A DNA stretch of 64,000 nucleotides from Chiloscyllium plagiosum. Taxonomy: Eukaryota. The position numbers were made by a program, and so were the translations under genes. Positions within the stretch are counted from its first letter, which is position 1. Every line of letters begins with the position of its first letter. Positions 35,544 through 49,428 of this stretch are shown one piece after another. The notes under the pieces were generated by a model. That model had not been told where the DNA came from and ran no database searches. It saw only the letters and a list, made by a program, of their open reading frames with translations. The stretch lies in the NCBI RefSeq assembly GCF_004010195.1, contig NC_057751.1, forward strand, positions 15,118,597-15,182,596. Reading direction: 5' to 3'.

Positions 35544-37698
35544 GGATTCTATAAGATTGACTTGGGGGGGTAGACTGGGATATCTGAACTTAATGGATTT
35601 CTCTTGAATTCTTAAATATTATCATTCCTTCGTAAAAGATTGCACTGTCAGCTTGGTCGAGAGGAAATATTTAGGTGGATCCGATGAAGAGCAATCAGGC
35701 AAAAGATTTCAAGAGGCTACTATGTAAGCTGTAGGCATTAAAGTTGGTCTGTGGAAAGCAAGCGATGAGGAGGAGTTTGGGACAGGGGAACCCACAACTT
35801 CCACTGTGATGAATATTCATGATCTGCGGATTTGTATATTTTCGGACCTGTGGAAAGAAATGCTGACCCCCAACCCCAACCCCCCCCCCCAACATGTAGT
35901 TCCAAAAAACTTTGAAATGGTAAATCATTTGAGCATTGCCACAAAAGCATTGAAATTGAAAGTGTCTGAAAGGATCTGCAGTTGTCCTGATTATACTCAG
36001 TGGTAACTTTTGCTTCCTGATAAGCTATTTTGAGTGGGCTTTGTTTAAAAAAACGGTCCTTTGAAGTTTGTAATTGGACTTTTGTATCTTTATTTCTGTC
36101 TGTGTTTTTGATACTGTGCCTCTCACTTTGTAAGAGATACTGTTACTATTTCAGTGGGAAAGTGATTCAGAAAAAAGTCGAACAGGAATACTTATAAATA
36201 AATAACCTCTAGACAAAAATATTTCCAGTGGAGCTTTAAACATTTGCTATATTACAGATTCCTCTTTCATGTTACACATTGGTCAGTGAAGATCAACGTG
36301 AAGAACAATCACAAAGACTTTGTGTGAACTGTTTTGTAAAGTCCATATTGTTCATTTCATGGTAAAAGAGGAATTCCATTGACTGAATTGAATCGGGTTA
36401 GTGGGAACATTTTTGAATGAGCACAGTGGCTTCAACTCACTTGAGTAAGCAAAATACTGTGGATACTGGAAATCTAAAATGAAATAAGGGTGGTGCAGGA
36501 ATGTAGCAGTTCTGGCAGCAATAGTGGAGAGAGAAACAGTGTTAACATTTCAAGTCCAGTGTGACTCTTCTTCAGAAGGAAAATGAAATCATACTGGACT
36601 GAAAATGTTAAATCTGGTTGCCAGACCTGCTGGGTTTCTCCAGGAGATTTGTTTTGGCTTTAACTTACTGTTAAATTGCAAGATCAAGTTGCATGTTAGT
36701 TTGCAATGCAACTCATTTTTGCAATGAGTTCAGAGCTATGAGGTGGATTTCAACACTTTAATATGCATTGCATTTGTTTCTTTTCATTGTTAGAATGTTA
36801 CTGTATTTTAATGTATGACTTGTCAAATTTGCATATCAACAGCCATGTCTTGACAATGAAAACTAACATTGTTAATGTTCAACATAAAAGAACATAAAAA
36901 TTACATGAGCACACTCAAAACTATCAAAGCAGATATAAAGAGTGAAGCATTTATTGACTGATCTTGAACAATTTATTTATGCCGTGATACATTTTCTGTT
37001 TGGAAGACGTATGCAAGAGAAGACTGGAATAAGCAACTACTTCTGACTATTTTTAAAAGTTCTTCCTCATTGGGGTTGTCCTTGCCCACTCTGCAATTTT
37101 CATCTGTTCTGTATTAATATATTTTACAAACCTACCTCAGGGTTCTCCTGATTCAAGACCACTTGCACATCAGGTTCCAGAGCCATTTTCCACTGAGTTG
37201 TCGCATGCCACGACTTCCCTGTGACTTTGATGACCTTTCTGCATTTGATTGCAAAGAATCACATGGGGAGACTTCACTCACAAAAGTGCAGCATTGCTAC
37301 TTATGGAAATCTCATTTACTTTACTGTGTTGTGGTTGCCCTGTTGATCAAATAATGACACTCTGTCCTTTTAATTGACTTTGTCTGAGTGAAAGAGTGGT
37401 GGGTTTGGAATGTGCCAAGGTAATTGCAGAGACCATAATGGGCATTTCTTATTTTGTGCTTCCACGGCAGTTCTGAGGAAGGGTCACTGGACGTGAAATA
37501 TTAACTCAGCTTTCTCTGCACAGATGCTTTCAGACCTGCTGAGCTTTTCCAGCAATTTCTGTTTTTGTTTTCAGAAAGTGGTGTTCTGTGCTGTGATACA
37601 CATGTGCTTGGCAAAATCAGCTTACTCCTGTATTCTATTATCATCTCTTGAACCATGGTGTTTTGCTAACTCTTTGTTTGCGCTTTCTTTTTCAACAG

Positions 37699-37763
37699 GG
37701 TGTCTGCCGATTGCCTGACGATAGTGATGGTAGTGACTATCCATTCAGGAGAATTGACATTAG
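37699..37763 (+). CDS. POLB: DNA polymerase beta, internal exon (equivalent to human exon 12)
   Basis: Acceptor ttcaacag|, donor |gtaatt; 65 bp translating GVCRLPDDSDGSDYPFRRIDIR, versus human [22 protein letters not shown], which contains catalytic Asp256. Size and phase join correctly to the next exon. Confidence 0.96.
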
Positions 37764-40700
37764 GTAATTTAATTATCTGATATTTGTAAATTCTTGAAGT
37801 CACTCAGAATGCGTGCAACTCCACCAACTCTCGCCTACCCAATTAATGTGGTCAGCACCCCAAGATAGTAGTTTGATAACTTCTGCTTTATGAAGTAAAT
37901 CAATGTCATTTGGCCTTTCTTTTTGCCAGCTTTTCTTTTTCACTGAAAAAAATTGTAATCATTCCACTTTCTCACCTTGCCAGTTAGGAACCATGTGCAA
38001 TCTAAATTGACAGCAGATGCAGAATTTGTATGGTTGCAAATGAACAAGTTAATGTAGAAGCCATAATATTCTCTACGATAATTTGATGAATTCTAACAAC
38101 GTTTCCCTTATGTTTGTGAGGTGGCTTGAAGTTCATTTGCGACATTAAGGTTATTGCATGCAAGTTGTGAAACAAACCTTCTTGGCAAAATCATATGATC
38201 AGTTTATACCTCGCTGTGTATCGCTTGAATGCTAATACTCCGTCGTCTTATGTTTCCCAGCTGAATTTTGTTCTGAACTCTTCATCTTGGCTGTTTCCTG
38301 TCTCTCTTGATCTATGCCTTTATACTTGGCTTTCTAAATTCATAGATTTATGGAAGTTTATCACATGTTATTATTTATTAATCTCTAAATGCTATTGAGG
38401 ATTTTTAAAAATTTTCTTTCGTCTCTTGGAATTGTACAGTTGAACCCCCAAATCATCTTGTTTGGTTGTACCTGTTTGCAAAGTTTTAGAATGGGTTCTG
38501 TATTGTAATTCCTTGTTTTTTCCTCCCCAAAATATAGTAACTCGCACTTCTCAATATTAAGTTGTGCTCACCATTTGTTTACCCATTCACTAAGTTTTGA
38601 CCTTCCTGAAGCATTTCTTGTGGTTTGCCAAGTTTTCTACTTTTGTGTTGTTTGATCCTATTTTTCTGTGCTTCCTTTCCTTGACAGCTGAAGATGATAA
38701 TTCCCGAACAGCTTGTGTTGCTGTTGAAAATGTGTATAAGACTGTGACTTTAGCAAAATGATTTTGGACAGAAAGGACAAAGAGGCTACACTTCAGCAGG
38801 AAGCTAAGAGATGGCAATATAATCTCATTACTTTTGTTGCTTGTCTGCACTCACTTCAGAGGTGGTTTCTATTAAATTAATCTTATAATTCTAATCTAAA
38901 AAAGCAAATTCTGACGAGCATAGATTCTTTGCATGGGCTTCAGGAACTTAATGCAATCATAGTGTGATCTGAATTTCGCACTTCAAGAAAATTGAGTTTT
39001 AAGTTCTTAATCAGTATCCAGTTAACTTGAGGTAGTGCAGTTGGCCTCAGTAGTCTTAAGGGTCGAACATTTATTAAGAACTGCTGAAAGTTATGAATGA
39101 CAGGAAAAAGACAGGATCTGGCTGAGTCTTCATGTCCTCCCACTTGGCTAATTGTCCTGCTAGTCCTAATTATCAAGATTAGGTGAACAATGGTTATTTG
39201 GATGTGGTGTAAAATAGTTGCTGGGGTCTATGGAATTGTAATCCAGCATTGCCTTCAAAAGTGAAGCGGAGGTTGGGCGACACACGGAGAGAATGCAGAA
39301 AAGATGCTAAAAGGGAAATCCATAATCCTGTCCCAAACCTACGTGGAGCTGAATTTACATGAACCTAATTTTCAGGGCTAAGCAAGGTCCTTAATTTGAT
39401 GCCAGAATACTTGCCTGTGGCTATTTCTCCATGTAATTGATAATTCCCAATTAACAACTACCAAGGTTGACATAGAAAAACATATTGCGATGATATATTG
39501 CTCAATTGTTCCTAATTCGGCATCTGATTCTGCTTACTTTGTGTTTTCAAATAGCCATTTAAATATGAGATTGATGGTGGTCTTGTAATTGATGCTTTGT
39601 GATGAGATGAGATGCTTCATGTGTGTGGCCTCCAAGAGGAAAAGTAAAATGAAACAATTAGCCTGATATTGCCAGTTACACTTCGGTTTGTGCCAGCTGT
39701 GTTGGTGGGGATGTCAGAGTCATTGGTCATAACTGTTAACAGGAACAGAAGAGTTTCTTGTGTGTTTATTGGATCATTTTCTTATTTCTTATTTCATGAA
39801 CACTAGATAACTTACTCCAAATAGGATGTTTCCTGGAATTTGAACCCATAGCATGTTGCAGGTCAGTGGGAACTATAAGACGGAAGGGTTATTAATTGCC
39901 ACCAAAGTTGTCGTCTTGAGAGTTGCAGGATCAGTGTCTTGGAACGGAGAGAGCAAAGCATTGTGGGACGCTTGGAGATGCACCAATGAAGCAGAAGGCA
40001 TTCACCAGCTTCTCCAGGGCGACCACTGATCAGCAATAAATATTGACTTTGCAACATAATCTGAAAAAAAAGTTTGACTTTTCAACTATGCTAAATAACA
40101 ATCTAAATCAACAGTGTAGCTCTTTAACATTTGAGTCACTCAACGAGGTTTATACTTTTTTTTGAGACCCTTCTAATAGCCATCGAACAGTATACAAAGC
40201 AAAGTTTCTGTCAGATCACCGATAGCTCCCTCACCTGTCATCTCTCTTAAATTATATTTTTGTCTGTTTCTATTGATCTATTTGATACTTTGGTCCTGGC
40301 TCTATGATCTTGCCTTCAGAGCTCAAAATACGTTGATTTGTGCATTGTTTCTCTTCCCCATCTAGCTCTTTTATCATTATTAGTCATTGCAGTTTCTTAT
40401 GTTTAATTTTTTTTTCTAAATTCTGCATCTTCCTCAACTTTTAAAACATTGCTTAATCACTTGTCTTTGATTTACTTTGATCTTTCCAACTTCATGAAAT
40501 ATTGTGGTATCTTTATTATTTCTTGGTTCATCAGCTACATTTCTGACAAAAATCTTTGGGATGTTGACTTATCAGTGGAGCTCATTTGGAATTATTCTCT
40601 TTAAAGTTTCTGAGTTGCTTGCCTTTTCTCTCTTTAACAGTCAGAATATATGTACAAAATTATCTGGTTAGTATTGGAGAGTGTTCTGTAATTTTATAAA

Positions 40701-43138
40701 ATAATTTAATAATTGGTAATAGTTAATGTCTTCGAGCTGGCTTTACTACTCAAATCCATGAATTAAATCTATCTTCTTTGTGACTTAAACAGACAGTTAT
40801 AATACCTGTTGGTGAATCTCTCTTTTTTTCAACCTTATTAATTTTCAAGCATTGGTTCATGAAATTTTGAGTTTGAGATAGCAGTTTTATGATTTATCAT
40901 TGTGTGACTTTGCATACTCTTTCAAGACACTCACAGTTATGAATATTATTTTGTATTTGTTGAATTGTCTAAGTTTTGTCATCTTGTTGAAAAGGATCAA
41001 TTCATGTCGGTTAGCAGTGGTTAGTTTTATATAATTTTCCAAGGACTGAGCTCTTAAACTAAATTATTCTGAAATTTCAGGTGATAGATGCTCACCAAAG
41101 GTAAAGGAGTGATCTCCATGGAATATACCTCTCTTCAAATGTTTCTGTTTATTCAAAGTATTGCGTCCTGCGCATGAGCACTTCGTGTTTACTGCCTGAT
41201 TATTCAATCACAAAGCTCCCAATTTTAGCAGTAAACAGTTTCCTAAGTTGTCAATAGAGCAGTAAGAGATAGTACTGCTCATTGTGGCCCAATTATTGGA
41301 TGCAACATTTCAATCGGCCTCATTTTCTATGCAACAGAATAGTTCATTTTCATTTGAAAATTTTTACAAACCTTTTCTGTTGATCAACTCCCAATTCTTC
41401 TATTGTTTATTTTCCAAAAAGGGACTAGCCAGTTTGCCCACTCCTGGCAGAGTTTTTCCAGTTCCAAAACAAAACCAATCTTTATTATTAAATGGACACG
41501 AAATTTGTAAGCAAGAGATAACTGCCCTGGATTTACACTAGAGAAAAGCAAGAAGTGAACTAAGCAGCAGAAACTAAAATTTGAACAGAGAGATTGAACA
41601 GTAGTGCACTTTGCATGGGACACAAATAACCAGTAATCAGGATTGCAGAAATGGAGAAGGTGATTTGAGGGATAAAGCAAGTCATTTTATTGTACAGCTG
41701 CTAAGAATGGGTGAGTTTATCCAAATGCCATCTTTTGTTGAATGATTCTGAGAGATTACCAGGAAAATTTCAAATGATTGAGTCTGTGGAGTTGATGTGG
41801 ATTCTTGTGATTAAGATACTTCATATGAGCCTGACTGCCATACCTGGATTTACTTCAAATTTCCCTATTCTAATGTAAATTTAACATTTATTTTGCTTTT
41901 ACATCTAGGTCTTGTTTAATGGTGCACTGTCTTACTTTATTTCCACTTTTGGCTATCAGCTCAGATTGCTATGTATTCCTCTTTGTGGTTTAGGTTTTGT
42001 CTTTGTTTAGCCCAAGCACTGTGGACCTCCCATACTGATTATTCTTGGTTGTTTCCATTCACATCAGAACCAAGCCTCCATTTGAAGCCGTAGGCTGACC
42101 ACTTTTCTCAATCTTGTTACAAGCAGCAATTTGCAACTTAAAGTCAATTAAAAACAGCTGGATATTCATTCATTTTATAAAAAGTGACATTTTGCTCAAA
42201 TGAAGCTCATGAAAGTCTGACCATTATGATTAGAAACATAGCCAACTGTTAAGAGACATTCTGCTATTTTATTGGGGACTCTATTGAATTGTCAGTGTGA
42301 ATACTGTGACTGATTAAGATTACTTTGGCATTTGATTGAGTAACCTCTTCAATAAAACATGCTCTTATTGCTTTTGTGCCCTCCATCTTGTTTTCAAAAT
42401 CATACAAATTCCTTGGATCTGACCTATAATATGTCTAGTTTAAAGTTGTTTAATGATCATTTAGGCTGCAGGAAGCTAAACCTAATTGCCACCGTTTCCA
42501 GTAGAGGTTAATCAGGCAATCATGAATTAAATATTAATGTGATGATTTATGCTCAACTTTATGTAATTCTGTTGGAAAGCTTTTCTGACTATAATGTGTA
42601 AATTTAGAAAGAATGATATATTATGGTGAGAATGAGCACTACTCAGTCAAAAACCTCATTATGAAATAGATCATGGGAGTGAAACTGATTCCACATCAAG
42701 TTCAAAGTATTTCCCCTTATTTAGACTTTGTGCTTCATATATGCTCTTCAAATGTGTTCTCTTTTTAGACTTGAACATGCATTGTCTAATTCATTTTGGA
42801 GTGCCCAGTCTATATTTGTGAAAATCGACTGCAGATGTTATGTACTCTGGTCGTATTACTGAAATCGATGACTACAGATCAACACTTCAGAAATGATGCT
42901 GAAAAGGATGCTACTGTGCTTCTGGAGGAACTTTTGGTTGTGTGTGTTTTATTTCTTGAAAGCTGGTTCCAGTTGCTGGTGTTTCAAAAATTAGATAAAT
43001 TATGTCTATATCCAATCTACCATGATACTCAGTTTGGATGAGTTTGGGATTCAAACGCCCTGACCAACAAGTATTGTTTCAACTTATGTGTATTAACTTT
43101 GGAATCTCATTGCTAACCATGCATTTCTACTGTTGCAG

Positions 43139-43278
43139 AGTAATTCCAAAAGATCAGTATTTCTGCGGTGTGCTTTATTTCACTGGCAGTGATCTTTTTA
43201 ACAAGAACATGAGGACCCAAGCACTGGAAAAAGGCTTCACATTGAATGAGTACACAATTCGCCCTGTGGGAAGCACAG
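43139..43278 (+). CDS. POLB: DNA polymerase beta, internal exon (equivalent to human exon 13)
   Basis: Acceptor tgttgcag|, donor |gtaaga; 140 bp encoding (R)[46 protein letters not shown](G). The YFTGS motif and the D276, N279 and R283 equivalents are intact. Confidence 0.98.
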
Positions 43279-43879
43279 GTAAGAACTGAATGATATTGGA
43301 AACTTCATGTTTTCAAAGACTCTGAATGCCTGTTTATTAAACCAACCAAATTGATGAAGATTCCTTCTTCACAAACTAGATTAAATAAAAAGTATGTATC
43401 TAGTTTGTAATTTAATCTATAAAATTCTAATAACAGTTGTTACTAAATAGATGTATAATTTAGACATTGTCACCCTGATGGAGTCTTTACAACTTCAATT
43501 AATTCTATTCCTTCAGAGGGTTGAGGTTTGTGTATCTGAAGGAAACGTTGATCAATATAGATCAAAATGCATGTACTAGGCTTTACTTTGTTGCACTTCT
43601 GGAGGCATGGCAAAAAAACGTAGTAGAACTCCACTGTTTTTTCTTCTTTCAAAAAGACTTGGAGGTAGAGAACTTAACATTCAGCCGAAGAGCATATTTC
43701 TTTGTGAGGACTCTTTATGTGAAGATGATAAATCACAAACTTTAATAATACAACTTAGACCTGTTTGTAGCCAAAGTACTTTCTTCCAGCCTGATAAATA
43801 ACTGCTCACTACTACATGGGTAGTTGTATTACCTGAAACACTGCTTAGGTAGCGTCTCCCACCCATCCACCTTTTAATC

Positions 43880-46800
43880 AAAAAAAAGGTTCTGTGCGCC
43901 GGATTGGTAAATTAACGAGTTTTTTTTCTTTATTTTTCTGCAGTCTCTTTGGGAATTTAGAATAGTGGAAATGATGGTTCGGGCAGTTGAATGTTCCAAC
44001 TGCGGAGCGTGGGAGGAAGGTCACCACCTATGTCTCTGCTGATTTCCTCTGCGGGAAATGCACCCAGCTCCAGCTCCTCTCAAACCCCTTTAGGGAACTA
44101 GAGCTGGACCTGGATGAACTTCAGATCATTCGGGAGGCGGAGGGGGCTAATGAGAGGGGTTACAGGAAGATAGTCACACCTCAGATGCAACAAAAAGGCA
44201 GATGGATTACAGTCAGGGGACAGAAAAGAAACCAGCAGGCAGTGCAGGGAGCCCCTGTGGTGGTTCCCTTCAATAATAAGTTTACCATTTTTGATACTGT
44301 TGGGGAGGCATGACTTACCAGGGTAAGCTATGGGGTACAGTTCTCTGGCACAGAGTTGCTGTATCCCTGTTGCTCAGAAGGGAAGGGGGGAGAAGAGCAG
44401 AGCATCAATCACTGGGGACTCCATAGTTAGGAGTCAGATAGGAGGTTCTGTGGGAATGAGAGAGACTCACAGTTGGTGTATGTCTTGGATCGTGTTTTCG
44501 GGATTCTTGACGGGGAAGGGGAGCAGCCCCAAGTTGTTGTCCACATAGGCACTAATGACATAGGTCGGAAAAGGGATGGGGATTTAAGCCAGAAATTCAG
44601 GGAGCTAGTGTGGAAGCTTAGTGCTGGAACAAACAGAGTTGTTATCTCTGGTTTGTTGCCCGTGCCACGTACTTGCGAGGTGAGAAATAGGGAGAGAGAG
44701 GAGTTGAACATATGGCTACAGGGATGGTGCAGGAGGGAGGATTTCAGATACCGGGATAACTGGGGCTCATTCTTAGATAGGTGGGACCTCTACAAACAGG
44801 ATGGTCTACACCTGAACCAGAGGGGTACAAATATCTTGGGGGGGGCTGGGGGGTGCGTTTGCAAATGCCCTTCAGGAGGGTTTAAGCTAATTTAGCAGGG
44901 GGATGAGAACCTAAATTGTAGTTCCAGCGTCCAGGAGGTTGACAGTAGTGAGATCAGAAATTTCAAGGTTGCACGAGTTCACTGGAAAGCAGGAAGGTGG
45001 TTTGAAGTGTGTCTACTTCAACGCCAGGAGCATCCAGAATAAGGTGGGTGAACTTGCAGCATGGGTTGTACCTGAGACTTCGATACTGTGGCCATTTTGG
45101 AGACATGTATGGAGCAGCGACAGGAATGGTTGTTGCTGGTTCTGGGATTTAGATGGTTCAGTAAGAATAGAGAAGGTGGTCATGCAGGGGGATGTGTGGC
45201 ATTGTTCGTCAAGGACAGTGGTACAGGGACAGGCAGGATGTGTGATGAGGACTCATCTACTGAGGTTGTATGGGTTGAATTCAGAAACAGGAAAGGAGAG
45301 GTCACCCTGTTGGGAGTTTTCTATCGACCTCCGAACAGTTCCAGAGATGAAGAGGATAGGATTGCAAAGATAATTCTGGATAGGAGCAAGAGTAACAGGA
45401 TAGCTGTATTGGGGGACTTTAACTTTCCAGATATTGACTGGATATCCTGTAGTTTGAGTACTTTAGATGGGTCAGTGTTTGTTCAATGTGTGCATGATGG
45501 TTTCCTGAGAGAGTGTGTAGACAAGCCGATAAGGAGCGAAGCCCTGTTGGATTTGGTACTGAGTAATGAACCTGGCCAGGTCTTCAATTTGGAGGTAGGT
45601 GAGCACTTTGGTGATAGTGACCACAATTTGATTATGTTGACTTTTGCGATGGAAAGGGATTGGTATAATACCGCAGGGCAAGAGTAAGAGATGGGGGAAA
45701 GGGAATTATGATGAGAATCGGCAAGATTTCGGATGCACAGGATAGAGAAGGAAACTGAAGGGGATGGGCACAATTGAAATATTTAAGGAACAGCTACTGT
45801 GTGTCCTTGATAAGTATGTTCCGGTCAGGCAGGGAGGAAGTGGTCGAGCGAGGGAGCCATGGATTACTAAAGACGTTTAATCTTTTGTCAAGAGAAAGAA
45901 GAAGGCTTATGTTAGAATGAGACGTGAAGGCTCAGTTTGGGCGCTTGAGAGTCACAAGTTAGCTGGGAAAGACCTAAAGAGAGAGCTAAGAAGAGCCAGG
46001 AGGGGACATGAGAAGTCGTTGTTAGATAGGATCAAGGAACACCCCAAAGCTTTCTTTCGGTATATCAGGAATAAAAGAATGACGAGAGAAAGATTAGGAC
46101 CAATCAAGAATAGTAATGGAAAGTTGTGTGTGGGGTGGGAGGCGATTGGGAAACACTAAATGGATATTTTTCATCAGTGTTCACTCTAGAAAAAGACAAT
46201 GTTGTCGAGGACAGCACTGAGATACAGGCTACTAGACTAGACGGGATTGAGGTTCACGAGAAGATGTAAGCAATTCTGAAAAGTGTGAAAAAAATGTCCC
46301 TGGGCCAGATGGGATTTGTCCTCAGATTCTCTGGGAAGCCTGGGAGGAGATTGCAGAGCCTTTGGCTTTGATCTTTATATTGTTATTATCTACAGGAAAA
46401 GTGCCAGAGAACTGGAAGATAGCAAATATTATCCCCTTGTTCAAGAAGGGTCATCTGATTCCTGATGAAGGGCGTTTGCCCGAAATGTCGATTTCGCTGC
46501 TCCTTGGATGCTGCCTGAACTGCTGTGCTCTTCCAGCACCACTAATCCAGAATCTGGTTTCTAGCATCTGCAGTCGTTGTTTTTACCTCTGTTGTAATTA
46601 TAGACCAGTGAGCCTTACTTTGGTTGTGGGTAAAGTGTTGGAAAAGGTTATAAGAAATAGGATTTATAATCATCTAGAAAGAAATAAGTTGATTAGGGAT
46701 AGTCATCAACACGGTTTTGTGAAGGGTACGTCGTGCCTCACGAACCTTATTGAGTTCTTTGAGATGGTGACCAAATAGATGGATGAGGGTAAAGCAATTG

Positions 46801-47955
46801 ATGTGGTCTATATTGATTTCAGTAGGCCGTTTGATAAGGTTCCCCAAGGTAGGCTATTGCAGAAAATACAGAGGCATGGGATTGAGGGTGATTTAGCAGA
46901 TTGGATCAGAAATTGGCTCGCTGAAAGAAAAGAGAGGGTGGTGGTTTATGGGAAATGTTCATCCTGGAATTCAGTTACTACTGGTGTACTGCAAGGATCT
47001 GTTTTGGGACCACTGCTGTTTGTCATTTTTATAAAAGACCTTGGTGAGGGCTTACAAGGATGGGTTAGTAAATTTGCGGATGACACTCAGGTAGGTGGAG
47101 TTGTGGCTAGTGGTGAAGTACGTTGCAGGTTACAGAGAGACATATATAAGCTGCAGAGCTGGGCTGTGAGGTGGCAAATGTAGTTTAATATGGAAAAGTG
47201 TGAGGTGAGCAACAGGAGTAGAGAGTACTGGGCTAATGGTAAGATTCTTGGTGGTGTCGATGAGCAGAGAGTCCATATGGATAGATCCCTGAAAGTTGCT
47301 ACCCAAGTTGACAGGGTTGTTAAGAAGGCATACAGTGTGTTAGCTTTTATTGGTGGAGGGAATGAGTTTCGGAGCCATGAGGTAATGCTGCAGCTTTACA
47401 AAAGTCTGGTGCGCCGCACTTGGGAGTATTCCGTACAGTTCTGGTCACCGCATTATGGAAAGGATGTGGAAGCTTTGGAAAAGGTTCAGAGGACATTTAC
47501 TCGGATGTTGTCTGATCTGGAGGGAAGGTCTTATGAGGAAAGGCTGAGAGACATGAGGCTTATTTCATTAGAGAGAAGATGAAGGTTTGGAGGTGACTTG
47601 ATTGAGACACATAAGATGATCAGAGGTTAGATAGGGTGGATAGTGAGAGCCATTTTCCTCGGAGGGTAATGGCTAGCATGAGGGGACATTACTTTAAATT
47701 GAGGGGTGTTAGATACAGAACACTTGTCGGAGATAGTTCCTTTACTTAGGTAGTAGAGGCATGGAATGCACTGCCTGCAACCGTAGTAAACTCGCCAACT
47801 TTAAGGGCATTTAAGTGGTCATTGGATTAACATATGGATGACAATAGAGTTGTGTAGGATAGATGGGCTTCAGATTGGTTCCACAGGAAGGCGCAACATT
47901 GAGGGCCAAAGGGCCTGTACTGCTCTGTAATGTTCTATGTTCTAGGTTCTATTCT
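43880..47955 (+). mobile_element. Near full-length CR1 LINE (ORF1 with Cys-motif/coiled coil and SGNH esterase; ORF2 with APE and RT), inactivated
   Basis: ORF1 from about 43971: CGKC..LELDLDEL, GDSIVR, VVVHIGTNDIG, DGLHLN. ORF2: CVYFNARSI, YRPP, GDFN, SDH, QHGF, QGSVLGP, FADDT. (gttctat)n tail; many stops and frameshifts. Confidence 0.93.
46451..46590 (+). mobile_element. Single-arm family-A-like Penelope terminal repeat with hammerhead core, nested in CR1 ORF2
   Basis: ttcCTGATGAagggcgtttgcccGAAAtGTCgatttc...gatgctgcctgaactgctgtgctcttccagc...ctagcatctgcagtc interrupts PLFKKG|..|NYRPVSL. Confidence 0.8.
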
Positions 47956-49086
47956 GCTTTTGTCCCATAGTAAACTTAATGTCCACGCTGCCTGTGTCCC
48001 TCTTCTGGCGAAAAGGCTGAGAGGCCAGAATATCTGTCCACATCTGACCTACTCTAGGCATGTCACATTGATTAATATAATAAATCCAATAAAGGAGAAT
48101 TTTTGTAATGCAGTGCTAGGGCCCTATGTCTGAGGGCCAAGTCGCCAGGTCCAAGTTACATCTGCTCCAGTGTGTATTATGAACAGGTTGATTGTTTAAA
48201 AAAAATCCAATAATGAATTTAGGGAAAGGAATAGAGGTATATACTGATTCAGTTAGATTAAAAAAGGAGTAAGACGAGGCTTGCATGCAAATAAACGCTG
48301 GCATTACCATGTGCGCTAAATGTTGTGTTTTGCAGCTGTCAGTGTGACTTTTCCGTTTAGCAGTAAATGAAAGTAACTTGAGTTCAACTGACTGAAAAAG
48401 ACACTATCTCCAGTTTTTCTTTGGTCAAGTAAATTTTGAACTCAATAAACTTGTCTTTCTGTGGTTTGTTATGGTTTTCATTATGGTGTAAAATAAGTTT
48501 ATAATCTTAAGAGTTTAGACTTGGTTGACTTTGATGCATTAAGTTAATTTGAAAATCTTGCACTGGATGGTAAGAAATTATCTGTTTTGTAATTGGTCAG
48601 AATTTATAGGGGGTGTTACTAATGGTGAACTATTGCAAATCATAATTTAATTGCATGCAGACCAGACCATGTTAGCATTTCAAGAATGTATCCTAATGCA
48701 TGTGGCAAGAAAAATTCAGATTCTGGCTAACCAGTCTTCTAATATCAAATCAGAATTTTTGAATTGGTTACAGATTATTGATTCTTTCTTCAACTCTACT
48801 GGTTAGGTTTTCAGATCCTTTGAAGAGCAATTTGTGGAAATGCCTGGATTTTGTGATTCTCAGTCATTATAGAACCATCACAGCCAGACTGTTTGCATGA
48901 CTTTACTGTCTTTAGAAGTTTTAAACAACTTCTGGCGTCAGCCTCTGCCCTTTTTCATAACAAGTGAGCCACACTTGCAGCAGGACATAAAAGACGATTG
49001 ATGCTGGCAATATCTAATCACACAATGCATGCAGTATGTAGTAGCTCTCTCATAGCAGTAGCTCTTTGAGTTAGTGACTGTGTAAA

Positions 49087-49428
49087 ATCATAGAATCCCT
49101 ACAGTGTGGATCAAGGCCATTTGGCCTGTCCAGCCTGCACCTACCCTCTGAAGAGTATCCCACCCCCATCCTAACCTCAGAATTCCCACATTTACCACAG
49201 CTAATCCACCTAACCTGCTCATCCCTGGACACTATGGGGGAAATTTAGCATGGTCAAGCCACCTAATCTGCAGACCTTTGGACTACGGGAGGAAACCGGA
49301 ACACCCAGCACAAACTCTCACAGATACGGAAAGAGCATGCAAACTCCACACAGACACTCATACAAGGCTGGAATCGAACCCAGGTCCCTGGACCCATGAG
49401 GCAGCAGTGCTAACCATTGTGCCACTGT
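49087..49428 (-). mobile_element. HE1-like tRNA SINE, diverged
   Basis: ggactacgggaggaaaccggaacacc...ggaatcgaacccagg...gcagcagtgctaaccattgtgccactgtg. Confidence 0.8.
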
